Shown: piece by piece, positions 11,856 through 24,971 of the stretch
Layout of the letters: each line of letters opens with the position of its first letter
How positions within the stretch are numbered: the stretch's first letter is position 1
From: Phoronis australis
Lineage: Eukaryota > Animalia > Phoronida
Assembly: GCA_002633005.1 (NCBI GenBank)
Contig: NMRA01000585.1
Span: forward strand, 92,164 to 156,163
Direction of reading: 5' to 3'
DNA: 64,000 nucleotides
Notes under the pieces: model-generated
Databases searched by the model: none
What the model saw: the letters and a program-made list of their open reading frames with translations, nothing else
Told to the model about the DNA's origin: nothing
Made by a program: the position numbers and the translations under genes

Positions 11856-12437
11856 TCAAACCGTTGACTCATGCCTACGGAGTGGAGGTTCCGCAGAATC
11901 TGCAGTGTCGGCACCTGCTGGCTGTGTTGGTTGGTCTGCCAGTTTTGTTGTCACCGGCTGTAACTGTTGAGCCTGGGATGATGTGGCGCCCTCTTCAGGC
12001 TTCTTCTGTGACATCGTGTCTGACGCCTGAGGGTTATAACACCTCTCTACCATATAATACTTCACGTGTACCGCACTTGGTGCCGATGTACCACGTGGTC
12101 TACCCCCTACCTTAGCCCGCATTGATGGACTTTTTTCAAAGAAAGCTGGCTCAGATGAGGGCGTGCAACTCCGATCGGGTTCGTCGAACACGCTGCCAAT
12201 CTCCGAGCCTACGTCGGAGCCTGCCTCCGACATGGTCTTGTCTAGAGATGTACCACGGCTACTTCGGTCGAAGCTGTCCGATGGCAGACTGCTGGCATGC
12301 CGCGAGCTAGACAGGAACCAATCAGAGCGCTTCCTCATTCGCTGCAGCTGCATAAGTTTGACAGTGTCAAAGCGCGTCATGCTTTTATATGCCCGTGGTT
12401 CAGTTGTGTTCAGTCGGTTTCTCAAGTCATCACGTTT
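11856..12437 (-). CDS. RhoGAP-domain protein, terminal coding exon (Ser-rich C-terminal tail)
   Basis: Acceptor ttccag|AAACGT at 12438/12437, phase 0. The frame KRDDLRNRL...LRRHESTV* is open to TGA at 11856-11858. Confidence 0.85.
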   Translation of the reverse strand, partial: KRDDLRNRLNTTEPRAYKSMTRFDTVKLMQLQRMRKRSDWFLSSSRHASSLPSDSFDRSSRGTSLDKTMSEAGSDVGSEIGSVFDEPDRSCTPSSEPAFFEKSPSMRAKVGGRPRGTSAPSAVHVKYYMVERCYNPQASDTMSQKKPEEGATSSQAQQLQPVTTKLADQPTQPAGADTADSAEPPLRRHESTV

Positions 12438-13480
12438 CTGGAACCAACACAACTCGACGTGACTGAAGCTCAAACAATTACAACAAGCAGCAAAACAAAC
12501 GCCTAAAACTATGAGCGTGAGCAATACAACAGTTATCGTGTCTAAAACCATTCACAGAAAAACCATGTAGACTATCACAACAATAGATACTACAATGGCA
12601 TCAGTATCCGATAATTGTTTCGAAATTTTTCTGTCAAAACAGTTCAGCTTTCAAAGCTGCAATGAACCTGATACTTTTAAAAAATTAACATCTGATTTAG
12701 ACCGTGTGAACTTTTGCAACAGGGATACGTTGAGTAGACGTGAGAAACAAGCCATAAAAGGATCAACTGTACCGGTCTTATCACCATGAAAAATTAGCAG
12801 CTCAGATCTTAACTTATTCCTCACTCAAATGATTTCTACGCTTGACAAGAACTAAATTTTGTTATTGTTCAACACCTGATTTGTGGAGTCTATTTGAACC
12901 AGCTGTAACCAACTGTCAGTTTTTTCCCAAACCCCAAAACTTCTTGTGAGAAACGAGTAGGAACCAGTTTGATTTTAAAACAGTACGTGGCCTAAATCGA
13001 AAGCATTTCGACACAGCGTATACAGTGACAATAAAGAGGAAAGCAATATGTTTTGATGTCTCCTTAAGTAGAAATGCAGATCCTTGGATAACTCGCAGAA
13101 ACATTTCCGATGTCAGTTACTGGGGAGTACGCACCATCTTTGAAGCAATAAAAAGTTGTCGTAAACAGCCCAGCAAAAGGCAGGCATCCTGTATTCACTA
13201 TCATTGAGCAAGCACGAAAGACCGACATAAACTAAGTGAATACAAAACCGAGATGTCGCAGGCCATTTGCTGGGCCGTTATATTTTCCCATCGGAAAACT
13301 AAACAATAAGGAAAAATGTGTTTCCCAGATAACCAGGGACCTGTATTTTTACTAAACGTAACATCAAAAATTGCTGCATTCCCCTTTAACTTACTTAATT
13401 TCAACCAGAAATTAGTTCACTTGTTTCCTAGCCGACAACCCAAGAGGCGAAAGCAGAAGCGACTAATGTAGGAAGCCAAT

Positions 13481-13500
13481 CACACACACACACACACACA
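13481..13500. repeat. (CA)10 microsatellite; shorter and interrupted in copy B near 17840
   Basis: cacacacacacacacacaca. Confidence 0.85.
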
Positions 13501-13964
13501 TTATAATCAAGTTCAAACTAAGTGATTGCAATCGCATAGTGGACAACTGTCAGTATTCTACATTTTGAACAACTATAAAGATTTTCTTTAAATCCTTAAA
13601 GTCTATGCGGCACGAAGTGTGAGTCGAAATCGCCAACTTCAAAGTGGAATAAATCTAGTTAGAGCCGGCGGATATTTCCATTTAGGCAATTTATAAACTC
13701 CTGCACTACAGTGGAGTTATGTTTAATTGGATACGCTATATCACGGTGTTAAAAAAACAAAAAAAAACAACGGGTTCCACTCAAAATATGAACTATGACA
13801 GTAGTGGCCCTGAACCATGCAACACTGAAGGAAGCAAATTAAAATGTTGAAAAATTATACAAAATGCCCCGAAAAAATGTAGCACCGAAATCTCCATAGC
13901 AACCCATTAGGTTATATGAGAATGCTAGAACAAACAATGTTAAGAGCCAAAGTCGCCAAGCTAC

Positions 13965-14125
13965 CTTATTGGCATTCACCTCTGGGGCCGATATTGACGA
14001 CGTCTTCTTCAGACTCCTGGCATTCACGGGGTCCGAGTGGGCTACATGGCTTCCAACGTTCACGGTGACCTCTGCGCGGTCACCACAGCCATCAGACGGG
14101 CCGAAAAACTGTCCAGGTGTCACCT
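13965..14125 (-). CDS. RhoGAP gene coding exon 8, copy A (EVTPGQFFGPSDG...SISAPEVNANK)
   Basis: tgtatag|AG acceptor (phase 1) and AAG|gtagct donor (phase 0); 161 nt. It bridges the 20807 and 12437 exons in frame. Confidence 0.75.
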
Positions 14126-15564
14126 CTATACAGACGAAAGTACATAGTGAAGATAACACAATGGACAGTTATAAATCGTGTCTAACATCAAAACGCCTGA
14201 TCACTACAATTATATTATATATTATAACTTTTGAGATGCATGATGGGACAATTGTCACTTTCTTGACTTGCCTACACACTGTGGGAGAAGCCTTGCTGAA
14301 TATATTTCAGTGAAACTAACATACGTCTACACCATGGCCACTGATTGCAGTGATGACAACAGATATTCCATTGCAGGTGAGCACAACAAACATTCAATGT
14401 AAGCAGGATGTGAAATTGGTGTAAAGTACCAGGATTGTTCTGCCTGAGACTTGGAACTTATCAATGAAGCATTGTTTTTCGGGAGGGAATTGAAAGAATA
14501 CGATGGTCAACACAGAAAAGAAATGGCAAGTGCTCTTTTGGAAAAACCAATTTTGTTAAAACGGTGAGACTTAAGGTTTAAACGATTCATGACTAATTAA
14601 CACAGGGCATCTTAACATTATTTCTTGGCTGACAATGTAGCTAGAATACCCAACATGCTCTAGTCACGTGCAGTTAGTCATTAACTCTCCAACTAGGAAG
14701 GTTGTAAAAGGGATCAAATTATTGAACTTTCTACAAGATTCCACGCATATCTTACCTCTGATGCTTACTCACTAGTTCCCTCTCATAATCGCCCTTACCC
14801 TCATAAACATACCCTCAACAACACACATAGTTCCCCCATTGGCTTCACAAAGGACTTCCGGAAATTCATGGAAGTCCACCAATGGTCATCAAGTAATTAG
14901 CGTCACAGCCATCAAGAACTAACTACAGTTGTTTACTTTGAATTTAACTAGGGTAAGATCTTACCGATTTCATACACAAATACCAGGCAAAATTGTACTT
15001 CATCTTTTTAATATCATTTCGAATGACCACATGTTTTAAAAAATTGTCTGATGGAAAGTGTGTTTCAGAACTTGAAGACAACAAAGCAGCATGTTTCGTG
15101 TTACATACTTTCATTGAAAATATCAGAAATTAAATTCCACTGTTCCACCACATTGTGTCTTTGGTAGATTTTACAGCAATGCATCACCTTTGTTACCAAG
15201 GACAGAATCCCTTAAATAACTCTTTAAATATTAACAGAGGACACATAAAACTATATTTTTTAAAACCTTTGTTCATCACAGTATCTTGAGTGCACAAAAG
15301 CAGTGCCCAGATGTTCATAATCAGAATGAATGTTTTTTCTCTCAAAAGAATCGTGATTTTTCAAGATAACCTTATTTTCCACAAACATGATTTCGTTTGC
15401 ATGAAACTTGCAAATTATGTTTCTTTTAGCTACAAGTGTGTCTAGGAATTTTTCTTTTAAGACCTTCCAGCCCGAGGGATCGGCTGTCAAAAATCAAGAT
15501 TTTTCAAGGAATGTTGAAGTTTCCGTAATTGACACCGGAGTTTTTGGCAACCTCAGTGCTAAAN

Positions 15565-17421
15565 CATTCTACTCAGTAAAAATCAAAAAAGTATCAAAAT
15601 CGGGGCAAGCACTGTAAAGTTATTGCAAGTTTTGTGGTAAAATTTGAATCACTTTGTTTGGATCGCGTCGGCCATATTGGAGGACAGCGGGATAAGTTAC
15701 GAGTTCAAAAATTTGTGTAAATTGTTTTCGCCAACAAATTACAGTGAAATTTAGTTAGACATATCTTTACTACTATTCTGCACGATTTAGCAGTGTTCAC
15801 CAAATTTCAGCCTCGCAGTTGTTACTCATTATAAGTGATAAATATGCTCACAATTCCTGTTGGACTTCGTCTCATTTCTGGCGGCACCGACAATGGCGAC
15901 TTTTGCTGAACTGAAAGGCATGTTCAATCGGCTACTTTGTAATTTGTGAAGATTTAACGTTGATACATTTTGACAAACGTTGCTACAAAAAAGAAACTTT
16001 GTTCAATTTTCGTGTTTTTTGTGTTTGTGGCCAGCGACCAGTTAGGCCTAAGGGTAGCCTTTGCGCAAAGCTGTATAGGCCTACTAACAAGCTGTATTTT
16101 GACTATAGTCTTCACTTCTTAGTTGGCAATTTTGACATGAAGATGCTGATATTTACGCGTTCCTTGACGAGAATTGCATCAAGTCAAGTTTTGCCTAATT
16201 CAGCTTTTCATTCGTTTTTATACTGTGTATGGTCGCTGGCAAAATATGATACCTCGGTTTTTGGCCATAACACTAGTTATAGGAATCTGATTATGAGTGC
16301 GCAAGAGAAAACGGAACATATTTGCGACGTTTTGTTCACTCAAACTTAATGAGCCTAAATGTCAGAAAATATTTGTTTTCTCTTTCTCGCGTATAATGAT
16401 TTTCAAGGGTTTCCGTTATTCAGTTTCGTCAAGGTCGTCGCTTTCTCGCAAAGCTACCGATTGGATGATCAACTACGCACTTATTTGCTCTCCGTTTTAA
16501 CGTTGATCATCGTCAATACACCTCTAAAAATCGCGCATTGTCTTTGTGCAAACTACATTGAGATTTAAGTCTCCCGAAAAAAGTTGACGATCGGATAGTG
16601 TTTAAAAGTCTAATTCTATATTTCTCCAGTTAGTGCACCAATGAAGTAAACAAAAGTAGCTCTGCTTGTCGCGTCAGCTGTTGGTATCATTATCTCGATT
16701 TATGACCCACAACGCATGACTGGACAAAGCCTTTTCAAATTAGTGTAGATAAGCCGGTGGAGCGTGAGACCCCTGAGGTCCCAATCGAGTCCTAACGACA
16801 ACTCCGCGTTATGTGGTAGCTGTTGACTGAGGCTAACTAAGGGCTGCCGCGGCAGTGTGACACAGGACTAACCAGCCCGTAATTTCATGTCATGCAAATG
16901 TCTGAAACTACCCTTGAATATATGCAGCATTTATCATTTGACCATTTTACTTCGACAAAACAGCTTGCAACCGCATGCATTTACCGTTCGCCAGTGTCTG
17001 GCCTCGATCCGCACCGGGTCCGATAGGCTGCGGTCCCGAGTCTGGCAAAAATAATTTCTGTCAAAATTTATTCGCCACATTTCTTCAGCAAATTCCATAA
17101 AATTGTCCGTAGTTTGATTTTATCAAAATTAAGGCGTGCTGTCGATTTTTTATCCCCGTTTGCTGGCTGGTAACAGTACAGGCACTGCTCCAGTCGCACT
17201 GACGACGTTTTCTCGGCCTGGGTTCCTGAATGAATTGTACTTCCGGGTTCCCGGCAAGTTCAAAATGGCGGTGTTTCTTCGGGTGCGAATCGAGAGTGGC
17301 GCTTTCATTTAAACTGTTTTCGAGTACGGATCTTGTATTAGTCATGGGGTAGGTACTTCTTGGATCCTTATAACATCTTCTAACCATGTAATAAGGGTTA
17401 ACAACGCGTGAGAGAAGGACT
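15565..17421. mobile_element. Partial DNA transposon inserted at TTAA (Kolobok-like ...CT|TTAA end), present only in front of copy B
   Basis: The sequence is unique in the window and more CpG-rich than its surroundings. It ends ...GAGAAGGACT|TTAA at the TTAA that is empty in copy A (13064-13067). The left end is lost at the N. Confidence 0.55.
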
Positions 17422-19908
17422 TTAAGTAGAAATGCAGATCCTTGGATAGCTCGCAGAAACATTTCCGATGTCAGTTACTGGGGAGTACGCACCATCCTTG
17501 AAGCAATAAAAAGTTCGTCGTAAACAGCCCAGCTAAAGGCAGGCATCCCGTATTCACTATCATTGAGCAAACACGAAAGACCGACATAGACTAAGTGAAT
17601 ACAAAACCGAGATGTCGCAGGCCATTTGCTGGGCCGTTATATTTTCCCATCGGAAAACTAAACAATACGGAAAAATGTGTTTCCCACATAACCAGGGATC
17701 CGTATTTTTACCAAACGCAACATCAAAAACTGCTGCATTCCCCTTTAACTTACTTAATTTCAACCAGAAATTAGTTCACTTGTTTCCTAGCCGACAACCC
17801 AAGAGGCGAAAGCAGAAGCGACTAACGTAGGAAGCCAATCACACACGCACACACACATTATAATCAAGTTCAAACTAACTGAATGCAATTGCATAGTGGG
17901 CGACTGTCAGTATTCTACATTTTGAACGACTATAAAGATTTTCTTTAAATCCTTAAAGTCTATACGGCACTAAGTGTAAGTCGAAATCGCCAACTTCAAA
18001 GTGGAATAAATCTAGTTAGAGGAGGCGAATATTTCCATTTAGGCAATTTATAAACTCCTGCACTACAGTGGAGTCATGTTTAATTAGATACGCTATATCA
18101 CCGTGTTAAAAAAACAAAAGAACAAAGGGTTCCACTCAAAATATGAACCACGACAGTAGTGACCCTGAACCATGCAACAACACTGAAGGAAGCAAATTAA
18201 AATGTTGAAAAATGATACAAAATGCCCTGAAAAAATGTAGCACCGAAATCTCCATAGCAACCCGTTAGGTTATATGAGAATGTTAGAACAAACAATGTTA
18301 AGAGCCAAAGTCGCCAAGCTACCTTATTGGCATTCACCTCTGGGGCCGATATTGACGACGTCTTCTTCAGACTCCTGGCATTCACGGGGTCCGAGTGGGC
18401 TACGCGGCTTCCAACGTTCACGGTGACCTCTGCGTGGTCACCACTGCCAACAGACGGGCCGAAAAACTGTCCAGGTGTCACCTCTATACAGACGAAAGTA
18501 CATAGTGGAGATAACACAATGGACAGTTATTAAATCGTGTCTATTATCAAAACGCCTGATCACTACAATTATATTATAACTTTTGAGATGCATGATGGGA
18601 CAATTGTCACTTTCTTGACCTACACACTGTGGGAGAAGCCTTGCTGAATATATTTCAGTGAAACTAACATACGTCTACACCATGGCCACTGATTGCAGTG
18701 ATGACAACAGATATTCCATTGCAGGTGAGCACAACAAACATTCAATGTAAGCAGGATGTGAATTTGGTGTAAAGTACCAGGATTGTTCTGCCTGAGACTT
18801 GGAACTTATCAATGAAGCATTGTTTTTCGGGAGGGAATTGAAAGAATACGATGGTCAACAAGGAAAAGAAATGGCAAGTGCTCTTTTGGAAAAACCAATT
18901 TGTTAAAACGGTGAGACCTAAGGTTTAAACGATTCATGACTAATTAACACAGGTGGGCATCTTAACATTATTTCTTGGCTGACAATGTAGCTAGAATACC
19001 CAACATGCTCTAGTCACGTGCAGTTAGTCATTAACTCTCCAACTAGGAAGGTTGTAAAAGGGGTCAAATTATTGAACTTTCTAGAAGATTCCACGCATAT
19101 CTTACCTCTGATGCTTACTCACTAGTTCCCTCTCATAATCGCCCTTACCCTCATAAACATACCCTCAGCAACGCACATAGTTCCCCCATTGGCTTCACAA
19201 AGGACTTCCGGAAATTCATGGAAGTCCACCAATGGTCATCAAGTAATTAGTGTCACAGTCATCAAGAACTAACTACAGTTGTTTACTTTGAATCTAACTA
19301 GGGTAAGATCTTACCCATTTCATACACAAATACCAGGCAGAATTGTACTTCATTTTTTAATATCATTTCGAATGACCACATGTTTAAAAAATTGTCTGAT
19401 GGAAAGTGTGTTTCAGAACTTGAAGACAACAAAGCAACATGTTTCGTGTTACATACTTTCATTGAAAATATCAGAAATTAAATTCCACTGTTCCACCACA
19501 TTGTGTCTTTGGTAGATTTTACAGCAATACATCACCTTTGTTACCAAGGACAGAATCCCTTAAATAACTCTTTAAATATTAACAGAAGAAACATAATACT
19601 ATATTTTTTAAAATCTTCATCGCAGTATCTTATGTGCACAAAAGCAGTGCCCAGATGTTCATAATCAGAATGAATGTTTTTTTCTCTCAAAAGAATCGTT
19701 ATTTTTCAAGATAACCTTATTTTCCACGAACATGATTTCGTTTGCATGAAACTTGCAAATTATGTTTCTTTTAGCTACAAGTGTGTCTAGGAATTTTTCT
19801 TTTAAGACCTTCCAGCCCGAGGGATCGGCTGTCAAAAATCAAGATTTTTCAAGGAATGTTGAAGTCTCCGTAATTGACACCGGAGTTTTTGGCAACCTCA
19901 GTGCTAAA
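17422..19908. repeat. 2.5 kb segment, copy B of the duplication
   Basis: Colinear with 13064-15563 and runs without a break into unique intron sequence after 19908. Confidence 0.92.
18323..18483 (-). CDS. RhoGAP gene coding exon 8, copy B (EVTPGQFFGPSVG...SISAPEVNANK)
   Basis: Same splice sites and length (161 nt) as copy A, with 5 nucleotide and 4 amino-acid differences. Confidence 0.75.
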
Positions 19909-20806
19909 TATCGATTTTCAGAAAAAAAAAGTCGTGTGATTACGAACATCTGGACATTAGTTTTGTGCTGTCATTAACGATTTTGAAAATACAACTCTTA
20001 TGGGTCTACGATTTACACTTCTTAGTTATTTAAAAACTTTGACCCATACCGTACTAACATTTTTGAAACTGCAAAAGTATTGATTGTCACAGCCTTTTTT
20101 GTTTTGAGCCATAACAAATAGAACTAATCTGTACAAGAATGATTTCACTGCTGCTACACCGAGCAAGTTTCATCATGAGAGATTAAACGTGAGAGAGATA
20201 CAATATGTACTGCCGCAGATGAGGCAAAAATGCGGATTTTCTAGATTAAGACAACCATGTGCAAGAATTCAAAAAGATTCACGAACGGTTTCACATACTA
20301 ACCCTTTCACTGACAAATTTTTTTCAAACTGCGTTTCCAACAGCGAACTACATTTTGAGGAAAATAGGATGCAATGTCCACATAGGCATCAACAGTAACT
20401 GAAGAAGTGGAGATGGGTTTTGGATAAAATACATCCCCAGTCTGATATCTTAAACTCAGATCCTGAATCAGAGAGGATTTGTATTTGAGACAAAACACTG
20501 ACAGCCGGCATTCCAGAGCCCACTGCATCAACCACAATTAGATAAGAATTTCTTCAAATTAGGGAATCAAATAGAAAAAAAACAAGATTTCATTTGGGAT
20601 GTAGTTAAAGCTGTCATCCTGAGGTCTCATGATGTAGTTAACCTATAGCGAAATTTCACGAATCAAATTTTAGAATTTACTAGGTCAACTCACCAACTGG
20701 CGTATTTGGCAGTGGATGAGCAAGTCATCAAAAGACTCATTAAGAAGTGAAAGAGTTAATAAGCAGGAATCAGCGGCAAAGTATGAACTCGGTCAAGAAG
20801 TCTTAC

Positions 20807-20884
20807 CGTTCTTCGTCAGATCGAATCCTTGCTTTTTAGCCTCGTTCTGGAGAATGATAGTGAAGGCTCGCAGAGCTTGTTCGC
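20807..20884 (-). CDS. RhoGAP gene coding exon 7 (EQALRAFTIILQNEAKKQGFDLTKN)
   Basis: gtacag| acceptor and ACG|gtaaga donor; 78 nt, phase 1 to 1, open. Confidence 0.82.
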
Positions 20885-22163
20885 CTGTACGTGCAACAGG
20901 AAAAACATGGCGACATGCAGATTACAGCGAGTTGGAACATGCAAGCGACATACACCTGGGCACTCAGTCTACTGAACACGTGTTATGACCACAGTGATGT
21001 GGCCAGCTTTAGTTCAGCGAGGCCCAATGGCAGGAGACCGTCCAAGTGTAAAACAAATAATCAGCACAGTGTCAAGATTTTTTTGAAATTTCGACAACCT
21101 GACTGCCTTACAACGTGTCTGGCAGAAACAGCTAGAAACAAGGCAAATGTTTCGATGCGAATTGAAGTTGAGACTCAGAACACTTAACTGCAAAGAACAA
21201 CAGCATATTCATGCAATGATGACACCGAGACATGTAAGGATTGTGTACTTCTTAATTAACACTCGGCCATTGCCCCTCCCCCCAAATACTAAGTAGGAGT
21301 TGGGCAAAGGGCATGCTATGCCATTATAGCATTAACTGCTAGATTTGGACTTGCTTACAGGGGAGTGTTACGGGATGAAGCTTAGTGATACTACGGTCAA
21401 TGTTCAGGAGAAGCGAGTGGCTACAGACAAGTTAAGAGTTAAACTTGTGGAATTCAATCTATGGGTGATGCAAAAAAACGTCCGCACCAATTACATTAAG
21501 GGATAGTCCAAACTTATCAACATTTAGAAAAGCACGCGTAACATGTCATCAACAGTCCTCCTCCTTTCACTATCAAATAATCTTCCTCTCCTGATGCACG
21601 GCATCTACAACCACTACACCTATCATTAACCCCCTCCCCCAAGTGTTCACTATGTATGCTTTTGAAAATGTTGATAATTAGAAGATCCGCAATACAAATT
21701 AACCCTTAAGATTTTAATGCGAATAGTTTTGACATGCACAGAACACTGCATGCGGTTATAGGAGATTATTTTTGTCACAAGAACTATTAAGGCTTCTGGT
21801 GTTTTATATGACGACTAACAATTCTGATTGTGAACAAGGTTCAACACAGTGCTCCTAAGAACCATCTTACAACTCTCTTTGCAATGACGCGAACTCTTCA
21901 ATTATTTCACACAAAAACAAAAGCAAAATTAAAGTGATTTTTTCATGACTGGTTTCTTTACTATGAATAGTTAAAAAATTCATGCCAGGTGCACAGAATA
22001 AACTACGTTGATAATGAAATAGAGTTCTCATAATTCTCAGTTTGGCTGAGAAACTTACGCGAATAAAAATGCAAGTGCTAGCCATATTGTGTGCTAAATA
22101 CGTGAAGAGTTACCGTGGCAACACAAAGAGAGCGAGGCTATTAAGGCCAGTGTGAAGACTTAC

Positions 22164-22332
22164 GGGGTACCAGATTGGTCGGGGGGAAGTGGTACTCATA
22201 CTTGAACCTCTCCGTCACCTGTATGCGCGTGTTGGACACGTCCACAAAATACTGAATGTTGTGCTGACCAAACATGTTGGCCACCCCGTAGTTCTCAATG
22301 AGGAACTCCACCAGTTTAGCCGCATTCTCCAC
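22164..22332 (-). CDS. RhoGAP gene coding exon 6 (end of GAP domain: VENAAKLVEFLIENY...)
   Basis: ttgcag| acceptor and CCCC|gtaagt donor; phase 0 to 1. LVEFLIENY is the typical RhoGAP C-terminal helix. Confidence 0.92.
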
Positions 22333-23147
22333 CTGCAACATCATAAAGGTGATGCATGATCTACAGTACAAGACAAAAGTAACAAAAATTACAGTTTTCC
22401 TGCCATGAGGGCTAATTCTGTGAACAGCAAAGACTACTGGTAATAACTAATCTAATTACAAAATAGACAATGGTTATGATGTCTACAGAAAAAGTTCAGG
22501 GTTTTGTGATGAGGTCGCAACGTAACAGTTACACAAAAATGGAGATCTTGCAAGGGGTGAAACTGTACCGTATACAGCTTCACAAAAGTATTCATGTTTT
22601 TTAATATACTAAAATCAGCATTTCTTAAAGGACTACAAATCAGTGGCATGTGAAGGCTTACCTTCAGATGGGGCAAAGAAAATAAGTACGTATTAATCAC
22701 GTCACCTGAAATCTATGGTCCAAAGTTTTACCTCCAAACTCAATCTCCTACCACTTTGTAATGGTTTGTCTAACTGCGCTCTTGGAAGTTTGTGAGATGA
22801 TCCCAGAATTAAAGCTACAATTTCCAAGTTTGAGTCAATATTTGGAGTTTGAACTATAGTTTGTACCTTGAGTCTATAACACATTAAGAGTAACGATGGA
22901 TAAGATACAAATGTACTATTGCTCCACAGGCAGTTGAGAACATTATAACATTGACCAGGTCCATAGGCCATTAATAATTTTTAAAACCCAATGAAATCAC
23001 TGGCCTAATTGGTGTTATAATGTTTAATTCTGACATACAAATTTTACTTGACTGAACCCTAAACATCAAAATGACGTCATACTAAACAATACACGGTTAT
23101 AGTACAACCGTATCAAGAAAAATGTGATAGCACAACAAAAACCATTA

Positions 23148-24565
23148 CCGTATTCGCCATAATAACCGCCCATGCCCCAATAAGCGCCCCCCCACGCGTT
23201 TTCAGACTTTGCTGAAATAAGCGCCCAGTCCATGAACGTGTACATGCGAACAATGACGTACCTACTGTCCTAAAACTCGGCTACAGTAACGTCTTCGACT
23301 TATCAAAAAAAAATTTTGCACGGGTCTTCTAGACCACCAGCGGCACTGCTAGTTTGTATTTAACCGTGACTTTACACTTCAAGGTAACGCAGCGCTTCAA
23401 AAAGAACGCAACAGCGTTGCTACTTGCGTGACGAACGTGTCCCACTATGGTCTGACCTTTCAGTAGACACATCGACTGTCTCATGAATAAAAATAACTCG
23501 GTGTTAAACGCACGTGGCCAGGAAGCGTGCGCTACATACATGAACCTATCATCAAAGACATTAGTCGTGAACTATCCATTCATGAAACGGGTAGCATAGC
23601 ATCGATAAGAAATGAATATTGGCACTAATTTCCGACAATTTCTAATACTATAAAACATGTTTGCGTTATTTTTGAGATGCATTGTTTGATAATTGGTGTT
23701 TTTAAGCCGAATATCCGATAAAATGACAACTGACAGTGAATGCTTACACACCCTTACAGTGAAAAAATAACCGTCAGATAGTTACGTACGCATCCGGCTA
23801 CACGGCGACTAATAAGGGCCTTACCGAGACAAATGTCGAAAGTTTTTAGTACGAGACCGGCAAGTGCTGAATGAAACACGCTCTGGTTTAGGCCTACTGC
23901 TTGTGCAAATTTCGTTAGACACATCTAGCTAGTTAGATTGCGTGGCTCTGGCCAAAAGATGGTCTCTGCTTTGGCAAATGAACTCTGGTGACACGCACGC
24001 ACTCGCTTACTCGCAGACGAACTGCAAAACAAACGTCACGTGACAACAACATGTGTGTTTGTTCAGACATTTTTCTCGCAGTGTTGCCGATCATACATGT
24101 AGATGGCACGATGTTGCACAGATTTGTACTTAAACCTGCCGTTAATCCAGACTCCACGGGAACTTAAAAAATCTTAGAGACGCTACTTATAAAACTTAAT
24201 GAGGATTTCAGGTAATTTGCTTGAGTTGAAACCATTTTTATTCAAGCATTGAAGTCGCCATATCGAAGACGGCGATTTCGAGGCAGTCAGTCGGCGAGTT
24301 TTCGCCCTGGGATTTCAGCACAATTTTCTGTAAAATGATCGTAATTGATCGTAATTTAACAGCAAAGTTTGATAGCAAGGCACCACAGTTTTGTTGAAAG
24401 TCTTTCATAGATTACATATACGTCACAGAGCGTAAATTTGATGAATCTTAACTTCCGATTTCACCCGTTTTGGAGACCGGGTTTCAACCGCCTTGGGTTA
24501 TAATAAGCGCCCCCCCTGAACCGAACTTTTCTAAGCCCCCTGGCCGCTTATTACGACGAATACGG
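23148..24565 (+). mobile_element. Non-autonomous Tc1/mariner (pogo/Tc2-like) element, copy A
   Basis: TA|CCGTATTCGCCATAATAA...TTATTACGACGAATACGG|TA, i.e. TIRs with a TA TSD. The internal sequence aligns with 41175-42246 (inverted) and 60170-61669. Confidence 0.8.
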
Positions 24566-24805
24566 TAATTAAAGTTTTCTGGCAACAGACACATACAGGG
24601 TTGTGGATTTTGAGAACCAGTTGGGTGCCTGTTATTCAGTTGTGAAAGCTGGTTCTCAAAATTCTGGACTCCTATAAGTGACCATTACCAGTTTTCTTTG
24701 GAGAGGAGTGACCATCCAAAATTTTCAAACATAAGCCATGGGCTTCATTTCAGAAAATTGTGTCGCCACAGTTGGAAATCTCCGCTTGCGTTGTGCTCAA
24801 CAAAC

Positions 24806-24971
24806 CTTGACGGGGTCCAGAACAACAGAATGAAACAGGCTGCCAGTGACGCTCTTGGCTATTGACTCAGCAGACATGCCGTGGAACTCAGCGTGATTGG
24901 CGATACGAAACCATGTACCAAACAGTAGTGCCACCAGTTGTTGTGTTGGCTTGGGTAACTTGTTCATGGTT
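24806..24971 (-). CDS. RhoGAP gene coding exon 5 (TMNKLPKPTQQLVALLFGTWFRIANHAEFHGMSAESIAKSVTGSLF...)
   Basis: ttcactag| acceptor (phase 2) and AAG|gtttgt donor (phase 0); covers the RhoGAP LP..N...L and M...LA regions. Confidence 0.92.

Larger units (their letters stand above)
13064..15563. repeat. 2.5 kb segment, copy A of a near-identical tandem duplication (probably an uncollapsed haplotype)
   Basis: Colinear with 17422-19908, with scattered SNPs and small indels. It ends exactly at a single N (15564). Confidence 0.92.

Noticed and set aside
12438-12551. Signal-peptide or transmembrane-like N-terminus of the 231-aa minus ORF
   Set aside because: It lies upstream of the acceptor at 12438 and is T-rich intron sequence; the true exon starts at KRDD.
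13420-13461. Possible 42-nt in-frame cassette exon (SLLLSPLGLSARKQ), with another 33-nt candidate near 13200-13231
   Set aside because: The donors are weak (gtgaac / gtgaat) and they are not needed for frame; unsupported without RNA data.
15960-17462. ORFs of 125-129 aa in the inserted segment
   Set aside because: They have no recognisable transposase or other motif, and one runs across the insertion boundary.
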